A DNA stretch of 64,000 nt from Paraspadella gotoi (GCA_051294375.1 JBJCIZ010000042.1:89970-153969), one strand, 5' to 3'. Counted from the stretch's first letter, positions 24,001 through 37,359 are shown. The notes: a model not told the origin generated them from the sequence alone. Translations and numbers: made by a program.

Positions 24001-27000
24001 CGAGATAGGCGACGCGCCCATCTTTTAAAGTCCTGGTTTTCGAATTTCGTTTTGAATTTAATTTTTTTTTCTTCTCTCTCTTTTCCCGACGCCCGCGATC
24101 TCATTTCTGAGAATTCCCCCGTCCTAGGACTGTGAAGTAAACAAGAAGAAAAGTAAAAAGAGAGAGAATTTACTTAGTAGTTTTTTTTTAGTTTCGCTTT
24201 TTTTTTTTCCGCCTCTTCGGATCTAGATCGAGAAAACAGGAGAAAGAGGAGAAAAGAGTGAAAATAAGAGGCTAGAAAAGAAAAAAAGAAAAGAGAGAGA
24301 AAAAAAAGTGGTGGAAAGTATAGAAAAAGTAGACGCCGGCAAGAATTGATTTTCAAGCGACGCTTTCGGAGTCCTCTGCGCTCTCCGCTCTTCTCGCCAC
24401 GCTCCAAAATCAGGAGGGTAATTAACATGGCTGGAGCCACAGAAGGCGAATCGCTGTACGGCGCACCGGAAGTGATCCGGAGAGCGAGTGAGAGAAAAGT
24501 GAAGAGAACGAGAACGAGCGTGGCCAGCGGCCTTTCACGTGCAGTATCCCCTGGACTACAGCCGGCATTGACGATAGCAACGACGGCGCCGTTCCCTGAT
24601 CACGTGACCCAGACGCGTCTGATCGAACGCCCCCATCGGAATCGTGGGCGTCGCTCCCACAATTTTCCGCTACCGGCGCCCAAACGCCGCCCGCCATTCA
24701 ATTCGGACTCTTTCCGCAGGAGGAGAAATAAAATCGTACGAGAGCGCGCTTCAAGGCTGCTCGATGTGGTGCGGTCAGCGGATATGAAAAACTGCCAGCA
24801 GGACTTGGCCTCTGCGGCGTCACAGTCGTGCGAATTGATCCACGGCGAAAACAGAGCAACTGAAACGGGCGTTAGATGACGCCGAATCAGGAAATGGTCA
24901 ACTACAAAGACCAGAATACAGATTAGCGCGTCGGAAAACGCCGAGCTGCGGGAGGCGCTGGAATTTTTAAGACTCAGATCCACACCAAAAACGCCAGGAG
25001 GCGTCCGTCGAGCTAAGGAAGCGTAAACGGAAGACGACGCCGCGTCAGTGCCACTTCCGTTTAACGGAGGCAGATAGCTAGCGCAGACGAATCGGATGAA
25101 ACGGCGTCCTTGCCACAATCGACGCGCGGTTAAGCGCCCTTTTTCCCGACGAGACGCTTCAGATGGCTCCGTCCAGCGCCGGTTTCACACCGCTGAAAAA
25201 AGAAATCGCGACGGAGGACGAGGTTGAGAGACTGAGAGAGATGCTGAGCTGCGCCGGCGCAAAAGGAGAAAAGTATAGAGAACGATTGAAAGAAGGAAAT
25301 CGTATGGTCAGCGGCGTTCGAGGCTTCACGGCGGGGGATAAGCCGCCAGAGAGCGCGCCGGAGACATAGCGATAGAGGCGTCCCGGTTAAGAAGAAAGCA
25401 TCGAGCATTTCTTTTGCAGGTGGAGATGATCCGCCGGAAACGTCGTCAGCACGCGTCGCGTTAACTTGACGACATGAAAGCAATAGATTTTTTCTCAAGA
25501 GAGAGCACCACCCGACTTTACAGATTATCTCAAGTCGTTGAGAACGTTTGTCAACGCCTTCCTCATGAGAGGTCTACGGACGCTAACAAGGTGGCGTCGG
25601 AGCTCTTCCTGCAGCCTGCACAGTCCGTTATAGCTCTGACTTATCTCCATGAGCTGGAGAAGGCTGGACTGGAACTGCCAAGACCCCGACAGTCGCCGAA
25701 ATATTCAGAGTCACTCGNNNNNNNNNNNNNNNNNNNNNNNNNAGTCCTCGAGGTCTGTGACTTCGACCACAACAGCTTGAGCAAGAACGCCAGATTTTAT
25801 CACATGACCCAAAAAGACAGAGAAGACGCAGCAGATTGGCTGAAGCGTTTGGAAAAATGCTACGATGCCATCTATGCATCAATGGGGGCGTCGGCCCAAT
25901 ACAGCAATCGTCGCCTCCATGAGATAAGAGGGCGATTCATTGATGGTGGCAAATTTCAGCCTTGGGTGGGTGATAAGCTCCGCCCCTTTCAAAATTTGGC
26001 GGACATGGCCTTGACGTGCAGAGACTTGTTAGAAAAAGAGAAAGATAAGTTGTCAGGGAGAGATGCGCGTCAGCAGCGGCAGCAAGTGCAGCAGTACCGT
26101 CCATTCGGGCAATGCCCCCAGCGCCAGTTCCAGCAGAATCAGCAGCAACAACAGCCGCCGCCATCTCGGCCCCAGCCGGCGCAACATGTCGCATTTGCCG
26201 CCTTGGCGCCACCTACGCAGCCGCAGCAGAGCGCCCCCGCCGCGTTCGGCCAGCCTTATGTCCGCGCAGATGGATCGGTCACGTTCCGCCCAAAGAAAGT
26301 GGATCGTCTTCCGGCGCCACGCGATCAGCAACGGATGCCGCTGGATGGCGAGCACGCGCCGGACTTTCGAGGCCGCGTCTGTTTGAATTGTCGGCTTATC
26401 AACAAACATTTGACGGGCTGCTGCCCATATCAGGATTACTTGTGTGCTGTTCGCGGAAGAGAACGACCACATCACGAGATATTGCCCGAATGCTGCCGCA
26501 GCAGCATCAGCAGCAGCAGCAGCAGCAACCGCCACACCGGAATTGATGGTCAGCGCGTCCCCGGGGGAGATCATCTTGGCAATTTCGTCGACGCTCTCCC
26601 AAAACAGCTGCTGGCCAAAGAAATTTTCCGCTGGTACATATTTTTAAACAATACTTTAACTGCACGCTTCCACTCTCTCTTCAGATCACACCCTGACGAT
26701 CCCATTCGAGACCACTCGGGGATCTCTCCGGGCGGCGCCGTCGTCCGAAGCGCGGCTTCCGCGGGCGACTGTGACATAAACATTTATTGTTAATTGCATT
26801 GTCCTTTTCCACACTATGATTATCTATTGAATTTTGATGATGTACTGGATTGTTTACATTGCTGAGGCCTCCGAAATAGAAAGCAAGGAAAAGACGCCGC
26901 CACGCACTGCGCGTCCGCCGCTCTGACGTCCGCCATCCGTTTTCGCCCAACTCCTTCAGATGCGCGCCGAATTCCAGATCTCCTGATTGGCGCGCCGGGC

Positions 27001-27538
27001 CGACGCAGGAGACGCACGATGACAATCCGCGCTGTACTAACGGCATCAGCCTAGCAGAGCAGATGGACAATAGTCGGAAAAGAATTGCAAAAACAGCAGT
27101 CTTGCTGGCCTATAAGGACCCGACGAAGATCAAATTCAAGTCACCTTGTCCCACGCGAAAAAAGGGAAAAAAGTATTCGCCGTCCAAATCTCTCCCTAGG
27201 GGCAAATCCTGTCGGCACCTCCCCCGGGCGGGCTCCCCCAGGGGAAAAATCTGAAAAATGTAGAAAATCTTGATTTTTTAGATACTAGCCCCAAAACAGC
27301 ATGCCTGATAGGCCATTGGCCAGTTATACAGCCTGATAACAGCCAAAACACTAATATTAAAGCTAATATAAGTAAAAATAATCAAACTACATGGGATTTA
27401 CAGCTAGGAGAGGAACTAAGGCAAACTCTTTATGCGGAACAGGCTGAGGTCACCAGTGCCTTCCTAATAGCTGAAAAAGAGTCTTCTGTATCCCCAACGA
27501 AAAGATCAATAACGAGAATGCTGCAGCAATGGACACCC
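21017..27538 (+). mobile_element. LTR retrotransposon, copy 2 (indel-rich; LTR ~21017-21274, leader, gag, pol N-terminus up to a gap)
   Basis: Colinear with copy 3; noisy PBS at ~21278. Confidence 0.85.
24427..26546 (+). CDS. gag: gag, copy 2 (frameshifted by errors)
   Basis: Capsid-like helical region (...EDAADWLKRLEKCYDAIY...), Q-rich tract, knuckle CLNCRLINKHLTGCC, ends PPHRN*. Confidence 0.75.
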
Positions 27539-27689
27539 TNNNNNNNNNNNNNNNNNNNNNNNNNNNNNNNNNNNNNNNNNNNNNNNNNNNNNNNNNNNNN
27601 NNNNNNNNNNNNNNNNNNNNNNNNNNNNNNNNNNNNNNNTGGGATCGACAAAAACGACGACGATAATTTGAACGATGCGATTAATTGTT

Positions 27690-27800
27690 TCAGGGTTTAG
27701 GTTAGGCATAAGGTTTTTCCCAGTTTAGGGAATAGATATTAGGGATTACGGTAGGGGTAGGGATTCTTCTTAGGGTTGGGATTAGGTTTGGGATTAGGGT
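27690..27800. repeat. Degenerate TTAGG(G)-rich tract
   Basis: ttagg/ttaggg/gggattagg units just upstream of copy 3. Confidence 0.5.
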
Positions 27801-27869
27801 CGTTTTTTCCTACGCTACTTTTGCCAACAATAAAATTCTGGCTAGCTGCGTGATTCAGCAAAGAGAAAG

Positions 27870-28112
27870 CGATGAGGAGGAGGGGTTCAGCCGAAGGCAT
27901 CGTCATCCTCCCCTTTCCTCATCCTCTTCTCCTTCGAGCTCGCGGGATTTCGGGGTCAGGTTTTTTCGATTTCAGAAAGATATCACTCCACCTTTTTCCC
28001 TCTCTTAGACAACCTACAACTTGTTGTTATTTTATTCGTCCTTTTTTTTCTCCTTTCAATAAACGCCTTTTCTCTCATTCGAATATTATTTTTGCCAGAG
28101 ACATGATATATA
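27870..28112 (+). repeat. 5' LTR (~240 bp)
   Basis: Homologous to 21017-21274, 60420-60646 and 16575-16722; contains aataaa; the PBS follows at 28116. Confidence 0.85.
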
Positions 28113-30918
28113 GGGTGGCGCCCAATGTGGGACGTCGTCCTTTAACCACGTTTCTCCCCTCTCTTTTTCACCTCTCTTTTTCCTCTCTTTTGGAAGACTA
28201 CTCAAAAAAAAAAATATATATTTTTTTTCCGTCCGTCCGTTCTCGAACGACAGGTTTTTTTTTTTTTTCTTCTCTCTCCTCTTTCCAACTGAAGAGCGGA
28301 GAAGAAAGGAAGGCAGGGCTGAGGGCGTTAACCAATTTTTTTCCTCAGGAACGCCAAAAGGGAAACGTCGTTTTTCCCTGGACTTCTCTGCCAAGAGAAG
28401 GGCCTCGCTAAAGAAAGAGAGAAGGGAACGTCCGCTTTCCCTGGACTTTTCCGTTCGAGAGAAGGGCCCTGCAGAAGAAAAAGTGGAAGAGGAGGGAAAC
28501 GCGACGTTTTCCCTGGCCTTCCTCAGACAGGAGAAGGGCCGCGCTAAGAGAGAAGGGAAACGACCGTTTTTTCCTGGACTTCTCTGCCGAGAGAAGGCGC
28601 GCGCAAGAAAAAAAAGTAAAGTAAGAAGGGAAACGACGTTTTTCCCTGGACTTCTCTGACAGGAGAAGGGCCCGCGTTAGAGTGAAAGAGAAGGGAAACG
28701 GCGTTTTTTTTCCCCCTGGACTCTCTGTTAGGAAAGGGCCGCGCTGAAAAAAAGAGAGAGAGGTGAGAGCAGGATGGCGCGATGATTGACGAGGTTAAGC
28801 CGCCAACAGCTCCGGGAAATATTTGAGTTTTGGCTACTCCACCCGCCAGTAGCGTCTCAGAGTCGCCGCAGGGTGCTGCAGCACCGGCTAGCTATCGTTT
28901 ACCAGAGATCAATCCAAACGTCCCGCAGAACGCCGCCTATCGCGTAGTCACGTGTTGTCGACGTCTTCCGGACGGCAGTCGGGAGGTAGTTCACAGGTTC
29001 TCGAACCTAAAGGGGGAGGTTACGCGTTGCGACGTGCGGGGAGCTCGGCCGCCGACGTCTCGTCTGAGCCGGAAGACCTGACGTGTCCGCCTACGCAGTC
29101 GCGCCGAAAGAGCAGCGTTATAGAGAGAGAGTAGGTCCTTTTGTGCCGGCCGGATGCCGAGAACGGAGGCGGTCACCGTCCCCCATCGAAGTGAGAATCG
29201 TCGACGCCTCCTCTACGTTGATCCGCCGCCGCAATTCGCCGATGTGATCCGGCCGATGATTATTGACCTTCGACCCGCCCTCCGCCAGTTGACGACGCCA
29301 AAGCGAAAGCGGACAAATCGGGGGCGTAAGAGAAAAGAGAGGAAAGAGAGAAGTTTCAAAGCTTCCCTTTTGTTGTTTTACATGCTCTGTAAACATAGAG
29401 AAACTTAATGGAGGGAAAGGATGGGAAAGTGATTGAAACCCCACCATCGTCAAAGACAGGAAGCTGATTATCGTGCCGCCCCCTATGTACGCCGCCCTTG
29501 GCTTTGCCCCGACCGCGGTATCCGCTCGCTAAAGCGACAAGGATCCGGTCCCGCCGTCGCCGAAAGCATCTGAAAAAAAGAGAGAGAATTAAGATTGAGG
29601 TCACGAGTACCCAATTTTTCGCGGCTGCCTTCTCTCTCTTCTTTATTTGTTAAAGAAATAGTTTTCGCTTCCTTTGCCTCGTTATTTTTTTGATTTCTCG
29701 TTTCTATCTCGACTTTAAATTTTGTCGCTTTCTCTAAAAGGTCGCGACTGACCTCCGCATTCCGAGACCGATCGGCCGAAAATTTCTTCACCGCTTATCT
29801 AAACGCACCGGTGATTAGAAATCGAGCATCGGCGAAAGAGAGAGGGGTCGGAGAAAGAGAGAGAAAGAAGGAAGGGGGTTAAGAGAAAGAACGAGAATAA
29901 GATAACCGACGCCGACACAAAGGAAATAAAATTTTAAAAGTCGTTTCAAAAATTCGGGAATTAGGTGATAAATCGGGCTGATAGCTGTCGAGAAAGGGTT
30001 TTCAAACCCGATAAGAGCCAGACAGTCGGGCCGATCTCCCGAAGCATTTATCTGAAAGTAATAAATTTTTTTTAAAAAATAAAGGGAAAGACGTCCGGGG
30101 ACACATCGACCCGGAGAAATAAAAATTTCAATTTTCCCTTTCGAAATAAAAGAGGATAAAGACAAAAAAAAAGAATGAAGGAATTCTGATTATGAAAAAA
30201 AGAAGAAAGGTGGATGGTTTACCTTCAGTGAGTCATCAGTAGTGACGGACGACCGGCTCCCGACTCGCGTGTAGCCGACTGCCACGCCGGCCGAATTTTT
30301 CGTGACGCGGACGGCAACTGGTGGACAAACTGAAGAGGCTTATTTGCATGCTAACGAATGTCCCCAGTGTCGCGTCTACTTCTTCTGCCCTATGTGCGGC
30401 TGCTTCTCGCACCCCATCCATCAGTGCCGTTCGAAGACCTACTGCGCGAGAGGGGCCTCTGGGGTTCGGTCTCGGGAGCGGACGCCAATAGGACAGGGAC
30501 GGCAGCTTCCGGTGACGAGTCGGACGCCTCGAGATAGCGACCGCGCCACTTTTAGTCGCTTTCGAATTCGTTTTTGAATTTAATTTTTTTATTCTCTCTC
30601 TCTTTTTCCCGACGCCCGATCTCATTTCTGAGAATTCCCCCGTTGGCGTGAAGAAACAAGAAGAAAAGTAAAAAGAGAGAGAATTTTACTTACGTACGTT
30701 TTTTTATTAGTTTCGCTTTTTTTCCGCCTCTTCGGATCGAGAGAGAAAGGAGAAAGAGGAGAAAAGAGGAAGAGGAGAAAAGAGAAAAAAAGAAAAGAGA
30801 AGAAAAAAAAGTGGAAAAGAAGAAAAGTGACGCCCGGCAAGATTGATTTTTTTAGGCGACGCTTTCGAGTCCCCGCGCTCCCGCCTTCTCGCCACGCCCA
30901 AACAGGAGGGTAATAAAC

Positions 30919-32946
30919 ATGGCGGAGCCACAGAAGGCGATCTGCGGCGCCACCGGAAGTGATCCCGGAGAGCGATAGAGAAAAGGAAGAGACGAGACCG
31001 CGTGGCCGCGGCCTTTCACGTGCAGATTCCCTGGACTACAGCCGGCAGACGATGCAACGAGCGCGTTCCCGATCACGTGACCCGAGCGCTGATCGAACGC
31101 CCCATTCGGAATCGTGGGCGTCGCTCCCACAATTTTCCGTCCGGCGCCAAACGCCGCCCCCTTCAATTCGGACTCTCCGAGGAGGACGAAATAAAATCCG
31201 TACGAGAGCGCCTTCAGCTGCTCGATGTGGTGCGGACGGATAATGAAAAACTGCAGCAGGACTTGGCCTCTGCGGCGTCACAGTCGTCGATGATCCACGG
31301 CGAAAACGAGCAACTGAAACGGGCGTTAGATGACGCCGAATCGGAAATGGTCAACTACAAAGACCAGAATACAGATTTAGCGCGGGAAAACGCCGGAGCT
31401 GCGGGAGGCGCTGGAATTTTTAAGACTCAGATCCACACAAAAACGCCCAGGAGCGTCCGTCGAGCTAAGGAAGCGTAAAACGGAAGACGACGCCGCGTCA
31501 GTGGCCACTTCCGGTTTAACGGAGGCAGATAGCGCGCGGACGAATCGATGAAACGGCGTCCTTGCCACAATCGACGGCGGTTTAAGCGCCCTTTTTCCCG
31601 ACGAGACGCTTCAGATGGCGTCCGCTCAGCGCCGGTTTCACCCTGAAAAAGAAATCGGCGACGGAGGACGAGGTTGAGAGACTGAGAGAGATGCTGAAGC
31701 GCGCCGAGGCCAAAAGAGAAAAGTATAGAGAACGATTGAAAGAAGTGAAATCGATGGTCAGCGGCGTTCGAGGCTTCACGGCGGGGGATAAGCCGCCAGA
31801 GACGCGCCGGAGACAAGCGATGAGGCGGCCGTTAAGAGAAAGCATCGAGCATTTCTTTTTGCAGGTGGAGATGATCCGCCGGAAACGTCGTCAGACGCGT
31901 CGCGTTACCTTGACGACATGAAAGCAAAGTTTTTTCCAAGGAGAGAGCACCACCCGACGTTTACAGATTATCTCAAGTCGTTGAGAACGTTTGTCAACGC
32001 CTTCCTCATGAGAGCACGGACGCTAACAAGGTGGCGTCGGAGCTCTTCCTGCACGCCTCACAGTCCGTGTATAGCTCTGACTTTCTCCATGAGCTGGAGA
32101 AGGCTGGACTGGACTGCCAGAACCGACAGTCGCCGAAATATTCAGAGTCCTCGAGGTCTGTGACTTCGACCACAACAGCTTGACGGAGAAACGCCAGATT
32201 TTATCACATGACCAGAAAAGACGGAGAAGACGCAGCAGATTGGCTGAAGCGTTTGGAAAAAATGCTATGATGCCATCTATGCATCAATGGGGCGTCGGCC
32301 CAATACAGCAATCGTCGCCTCCATGAGATAAGAGGTCGATTCATTGATGGTGGCAAATTTCAGCCTTGGGTGGGTGATAAGCTACGCCCCTTTCAAAAAT
32401 TTGGCGGACATGGCCTTGACGTGCAGAGACTTGTAGAAAAAGAGAAAAGAAAAGTTGTCAGGGAGAGATGCGCGTCAGCAGCGGCAACAAGTGCAGCAAT
32501 ACCGTCCATTCGGGCAACGCCCTCAGCGCCAGTTCCAGCAGAATCAGCAGCAAACAACAGCCGCCGCCACCTCGGCCCCAGCGGCGCAACATGTCGCATT
32601 TGCCGCTGCTCGCCACATACGCAGCCGCAGCAGAGCGCCCCCGTCGCTTCGGTCAGCCTTATGTCCGCGCAGATGGATCGGTCACGTTCCGCCCAAAGAA
32701 AGTGGATCGTCTTCCGGCGCGCGCGCGATCAGCAACGGATGCCGCTAGATGGCGAGCACGCGCCGGATTTTCGAGGTCGAGTCTGTTTGAATTGTCGGCT
32801 CATCAACAAAACATTTGACGGGCTGCTGCCCATATCAGGATTACTGTGTGCTGTGCGGGCAAGAGAACGACCACATCACGAGATATTGCCCGAATGTGCC
32901 GCAGCAGCAGCAGCAGCAGCAGCAGCAACCGCCACACCGGAATTGA
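30919..32946 (+). CDS. gag: gag, copy 3 (~670 aa; indel errors)
   Basis: aaacATGG start; two knuckles, CLNCRLINKHLTGCC (intact in copy 2) and CVLCGQENDHITRYC; poly-Q; TGA at 32944-32946. Confidence 0.8.
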
Positions 32947-35900
32947 CGGTCAGCGGCGTCCCCGGGGGAGATCATCTTTGGCAATTTCGTCGACGCTCTC
33001 CAAAACAGCTGGCCAAAGAAATTTTCCGATGTACATATTTTAAACAATACTTTAACTGCACGCTTCAACTCTCTCTTCAGATCACACCCTGACGATCCCA
33101 TTCGAGACCACTTCGGGGATCTCCCGGGCGGCGCCGTCGTCGAAGCGGCGGCTTCCGCGGCCGACTGTGACATAAACATTTATGTAAATAATGCATTGGT
33201 CTTTTCACTAACAATAAATATTGCTGATGATGTTTCTATTGATTTGATGAATGTACTGGATTGTTTACATTGCGTGAGGCCTCCGAAATAGAAAGCCAAG
33301 GAAAAGACGCCGCCACGCCCACCATGTGCGTCGCCGTTGACGTCCCGCCATGTTTCGCCCAACTCCTTCAGATGCGCGCCGAATTGCGAGATCTCCTGAT
33401 TGGCGCCGCGCGCGACGAGGAGACGCAGATGACAATCCGCGCTGTACTAAACGGCATCAGCCTAGAGAGCAGATGGACAATAGTCGGGAACAGAATTGCA
33501 AAAACAGCAGTCTTGCTGGCCTTAAGGGACCCGACGAAGATCAAATTCAAGTCACTCACTTGATCCCACGCGAAAAAAGGGAAAAAGTATTGCGCCGTCC
33601 GAATCAGTCTCCCCTAGGGCAAAATCTGGGGCACTCCCCCGGGCGGGCTCCCCCAGGGGAAAAATCTGAAAAATATGAAATCTTGATTTTTTGGATACTA
33701 GCCCAAAACAGCATGCCTGATAGGCCATTGCGCAGTTATACAGCCTGATAACAGCCAAAACACGAATATTAAGGCTAATATAAGTGAAAATAATCAAACA
33801 CATCATACATGGAGACTTTACAGGACTAGAGAGGACAACTGAGAAAACTCATGTATGGCGAACAGCGTGAGTCACCAGTGCCTTCCTCATAGCTGAAAAA
33901 GAGTCTTCTGTATCCCCAACAAAAAGATCAATAACGAAAATGTGCAGCAATGACACCCTCACCACTTAATAAATCTGGTACTGTGTCATTCCAGCAAGTG
34001 CTAAATACAGAGCAAAAGTCAGAAGGCCAAATGCCTCTATTTGTAGGCATTTTCCCCAACAACAGAATAGTGAAAATGGCCATTGATACAGGAGCAACTT
34101 CGTCTATTATATCAGGGACAATGGCAAAAAGATTATCTGCAGCAATAACTCCGGGAGTTACCTCATCAATTAGGACTGCTAATGGGATGGTCCATTCAAA
34201 CAGGCGGGCTACTGCTCTGGTAGACCTGATTGTCGTGAAGGTAGTGATAACCTTTATGATTATCGATGGTTCTAATTATCCTCAGGACTTTATCCTGATA
34301 GGGAATTCGTTCCTAGATACCTACAACTTTACCCTGGATAAACATTACCTCACACTGACTAAAAATGTGCGTATTCCACTCATGTATGGGTCTGGGAATG
34401 CAGAGAATCATGTTAACTATCTGGAGCTTGCTACACTTCAGTCAGTGGAGACCAAATCATCCTGAGCGATGAAGAAATGCTTAAGCCAAGGCAGAGCATA
34501 CTGGTCCAGGTTTATACAGGCGCGAAGCGTGGTATGCGCTTTACTAACACCAGCCGCCATTTTGAAAATGGTATATAAGGACGTCCCTGGAGTCTACGCC
34601 CTGGACCTGCTGATCAATGAAAGGCATGATTATTACAAGAACCCCTTTGGTCTTGGTCCTTCGGAATGATACCCCGGATACAGTCATTCTCCCAGCAGGA
34701 CTGGTAGTTGGGTAACATAAAACCGGTCGTGGACAAACAGCTGAAGATGAGCTTTCTGCATGTCCTTTAGCGCAGGTAGCATCATTCCCTATGGAAGAAC
34801 TTCGGGAAAACGTTCCCACACCTACCTGGTTACCAGTGGAGAGAAAGAAGAAGGGAAATCAGTTCTTCGGACGAAGATGAGGATAAGACCCATGATGAGG
34901 TGAGCCAGCGCCTGATTGGTTGTTAAGAAATTGACCAAATGAGTGATCAAGACCATAAAGAAGTACCCAAGGTCTCGAAAGTAACATCAATCATTACCAG
35001 AAATGATAAAAAGCAGAGAAGACATAGAGGCAGCTATAGAAAAGGTACAGAATGACATGCGGCAATATTGGATGGAAAGGGAAACAAGCTTTCCTGGAGA
35101 AAGTGGCGTGGGAAATCGGCTAACGGAAGCGCAAAGAAAAAGGTGCGAAGACCTTTCTTGGGAATACCGCTGTATTTTTGCAGCAAATTTCCAGCACTCT
35201 GAGGCAGGAATCCGGGATTACGCTATTTGACATAGCATACGATGAAGAGCTAGTAGAAGCAGTAGCGCCTAGGCCAACAGGGATCTTTCAGAAGGAGCTT
35301 TTGTCACGCTACATAGACATTTTGCTAAGAGCTAATGTTCTAGAACCATCACGATATTCCTCTGTCGCCAATGCCTTTGTTATAGAGAAAAAGAATTGCA
35401 AAATTCGCTCTATAGATCAATTAAGGGCAGCTACTGATGAGGATGTCGCGGCTAATTTCCGACTAGTGGCCGACCAAGCCCACCTCAGCAAAGCCATGAA
35501 GCCTTCTCTTAACTACTTGGTCAGTATGAGGGAGATGATGATTTTCATGGAAAAAGACTGCTACTTTACTACGCTTGATTTCAGTAACTTTTTATTAATA
35601 TACCCTTGTCAGTGAACTGCAGAGGAATAATGGCCATATACGGCGCAGATATGAAATCATACAACTTCCAGAGGGCTACTATGGGGCAGCACCATCTTTC
35701 CCACGGCATCGCGAGTTGTGTGGAACTCACCTTCCGTGACATTTGCATTCTGTGATCCTGTAATACCCGACCTATACCTGTCCTATGCTGATAATTTTTC
35801 ACCTATAAGCCCATAGGTGGACGAAAGCATAAGCAGTACAGGATTTTCTTGGAAAGATGCAAACATCAGAACCTGCTGCTAAAGCCAGGGGAAGTCTGCG

Positions 35901-37340
35901 TCGCAATGAATGTGGAAGAAAAGGACAACGCCTTCCAGTTTCTCGGCTACGAATTCAGAGAAGGGAAAATTTTCCCAGGCAAGAAAAAAGATCTCGTATT
36001 ATTCTTCGAGACCGCTCCCTTTCTAGCCGTAAAAAGGTGCTCCAGTTGGCACAATCCTTAAGCCTTTGTTCCGATCCTTGTTGAGCCCCGAGGTTTGCCA
36101 GATGAGGCAGGAAGAAGCTGTATGTGAGGACTGGAAAAGACAAGTAGAGAAGCTTACCATCTCGCTGTCAAAGCTGACCCCGAAGATGATAACGCATTAT
36201 GAGAGCTGTCTTATTCATCCTGGCTGACTAACCAAATGGCTATTACTGTTCAGGAGACAGTCAACAAAAGTGTGATTTTTTTAATTTATTCAACGGACGC
36301 TTCTAGAACTTTAAGTTATGGGCGCAGCCCCTTTTCACGGTTACGGGAATAGAAAAGTTGAGGTGTGTTTAAACGAGCCGTATCCCGTAATGTTTCAACC
36401 AACTACAGGCTAAATACCCACATCAATGCAAAGAGCTAATTGGCTTATATCAAGCTATGCGAGCAAAATGGCGCTCTTCTTACGATTTAGAAATTTTAGT
36501 AAGTCACCGATTCGGCGTCATGTCCATAACTGGGCCCGACGCAAATATCTTCATTACCTACGGGCCGTTAGAAACCCCAATGTTTACATATGCGTGAATG
36601 CTATTCTGCTTCCGCACCTTCTCTGTAAGACGATGAGCAATTGCAGATCTATGACACGCATTCGTTTTCAGCCGGAAATCTCATATGACCCAGCAGAAGG
36701 ATACGCTGTTTAAAAAACAGCAGCGAACGGACAGCCAGCCAACATCATCTTGATTGAGGTTGTGCTCCCAGAGGATTTTTCAATGGAGCTAGAAGAGCTT
36801 AACAAAGCCTTCCTTGATAACCAGGGCCATTGATTCATATTGAGGATATGTCATTACAGAGGAAACAAGAGCTTCTGATCAAATATGTGCTAACCTTAAT
36901 GGCACAAAAGTGAGGATTGATTGTCCACACCCTGCTCCGGGAAGGATCCAGCCCCAGCATACAAAGAAGGCAAGACAGAGCAAGGGAGCTAACAGAAGAT
37001 ACTGGCCAGCCGCTGCGGCAGTTCTAAGCGGTTAATAGCCACAGCGGAGAGTAACCCCTGCCATGTTCTGATAGTCCACCTGCCACAACCGCTGCCATAT
37101 AGAGGACACACAGGCATGAAAACTTTGCCCGAAAGAGACGAAACGATTACTGAAGTATGTATTGTAGGCTACAAGCAAACAGGAGGCTTTACCATACATT
37201 GCTCCCATCCAAATTGCTGGGACCCAGATTGGCACAATTTACTTTTAAAAAAACAGTTGCCGTCAATACCAAGAAACATAGCCTCAAACAGCCTGCATTT
37301 TTACACCCAAAATATATTCACCAGGACAGAAATTTCCGCC
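32947..37340 (+). CDS. pol: pol, copy 3: unknown N-terminal region, aspartic protease, RT, RNase H, linker (indel errors)
   Basis: MAIDTGATSSII (D at 34085); RT motifs ...NFRLVAD..., YFTTLDFSNF, YADN (35784-35795), FQFLGY; RNase H STDAS at ~36290. The PR-RT-RH-IN order is Ty3/gypsy. Confidence 0.9.
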
Positions 37341-37359
37341 AAGGAAGATAGTATATTTA

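Larger units (their letters stand above)
27870..37340 (+). mobile_element. LTR retrotransposon, copy 3 (best contiguous copy, LTR to post-RNase H linker)
   Basis: LTR, PBS, array, ORFs A-E, gag, PR, RT and RH in order. Confidence 0.92.

Noticed and set aside
27690-27800. Telomere-like TTAGGG tract
   Set aside because: Short, degenerate and interstitial; no evidence of a chromosome end or of telomere targeting.
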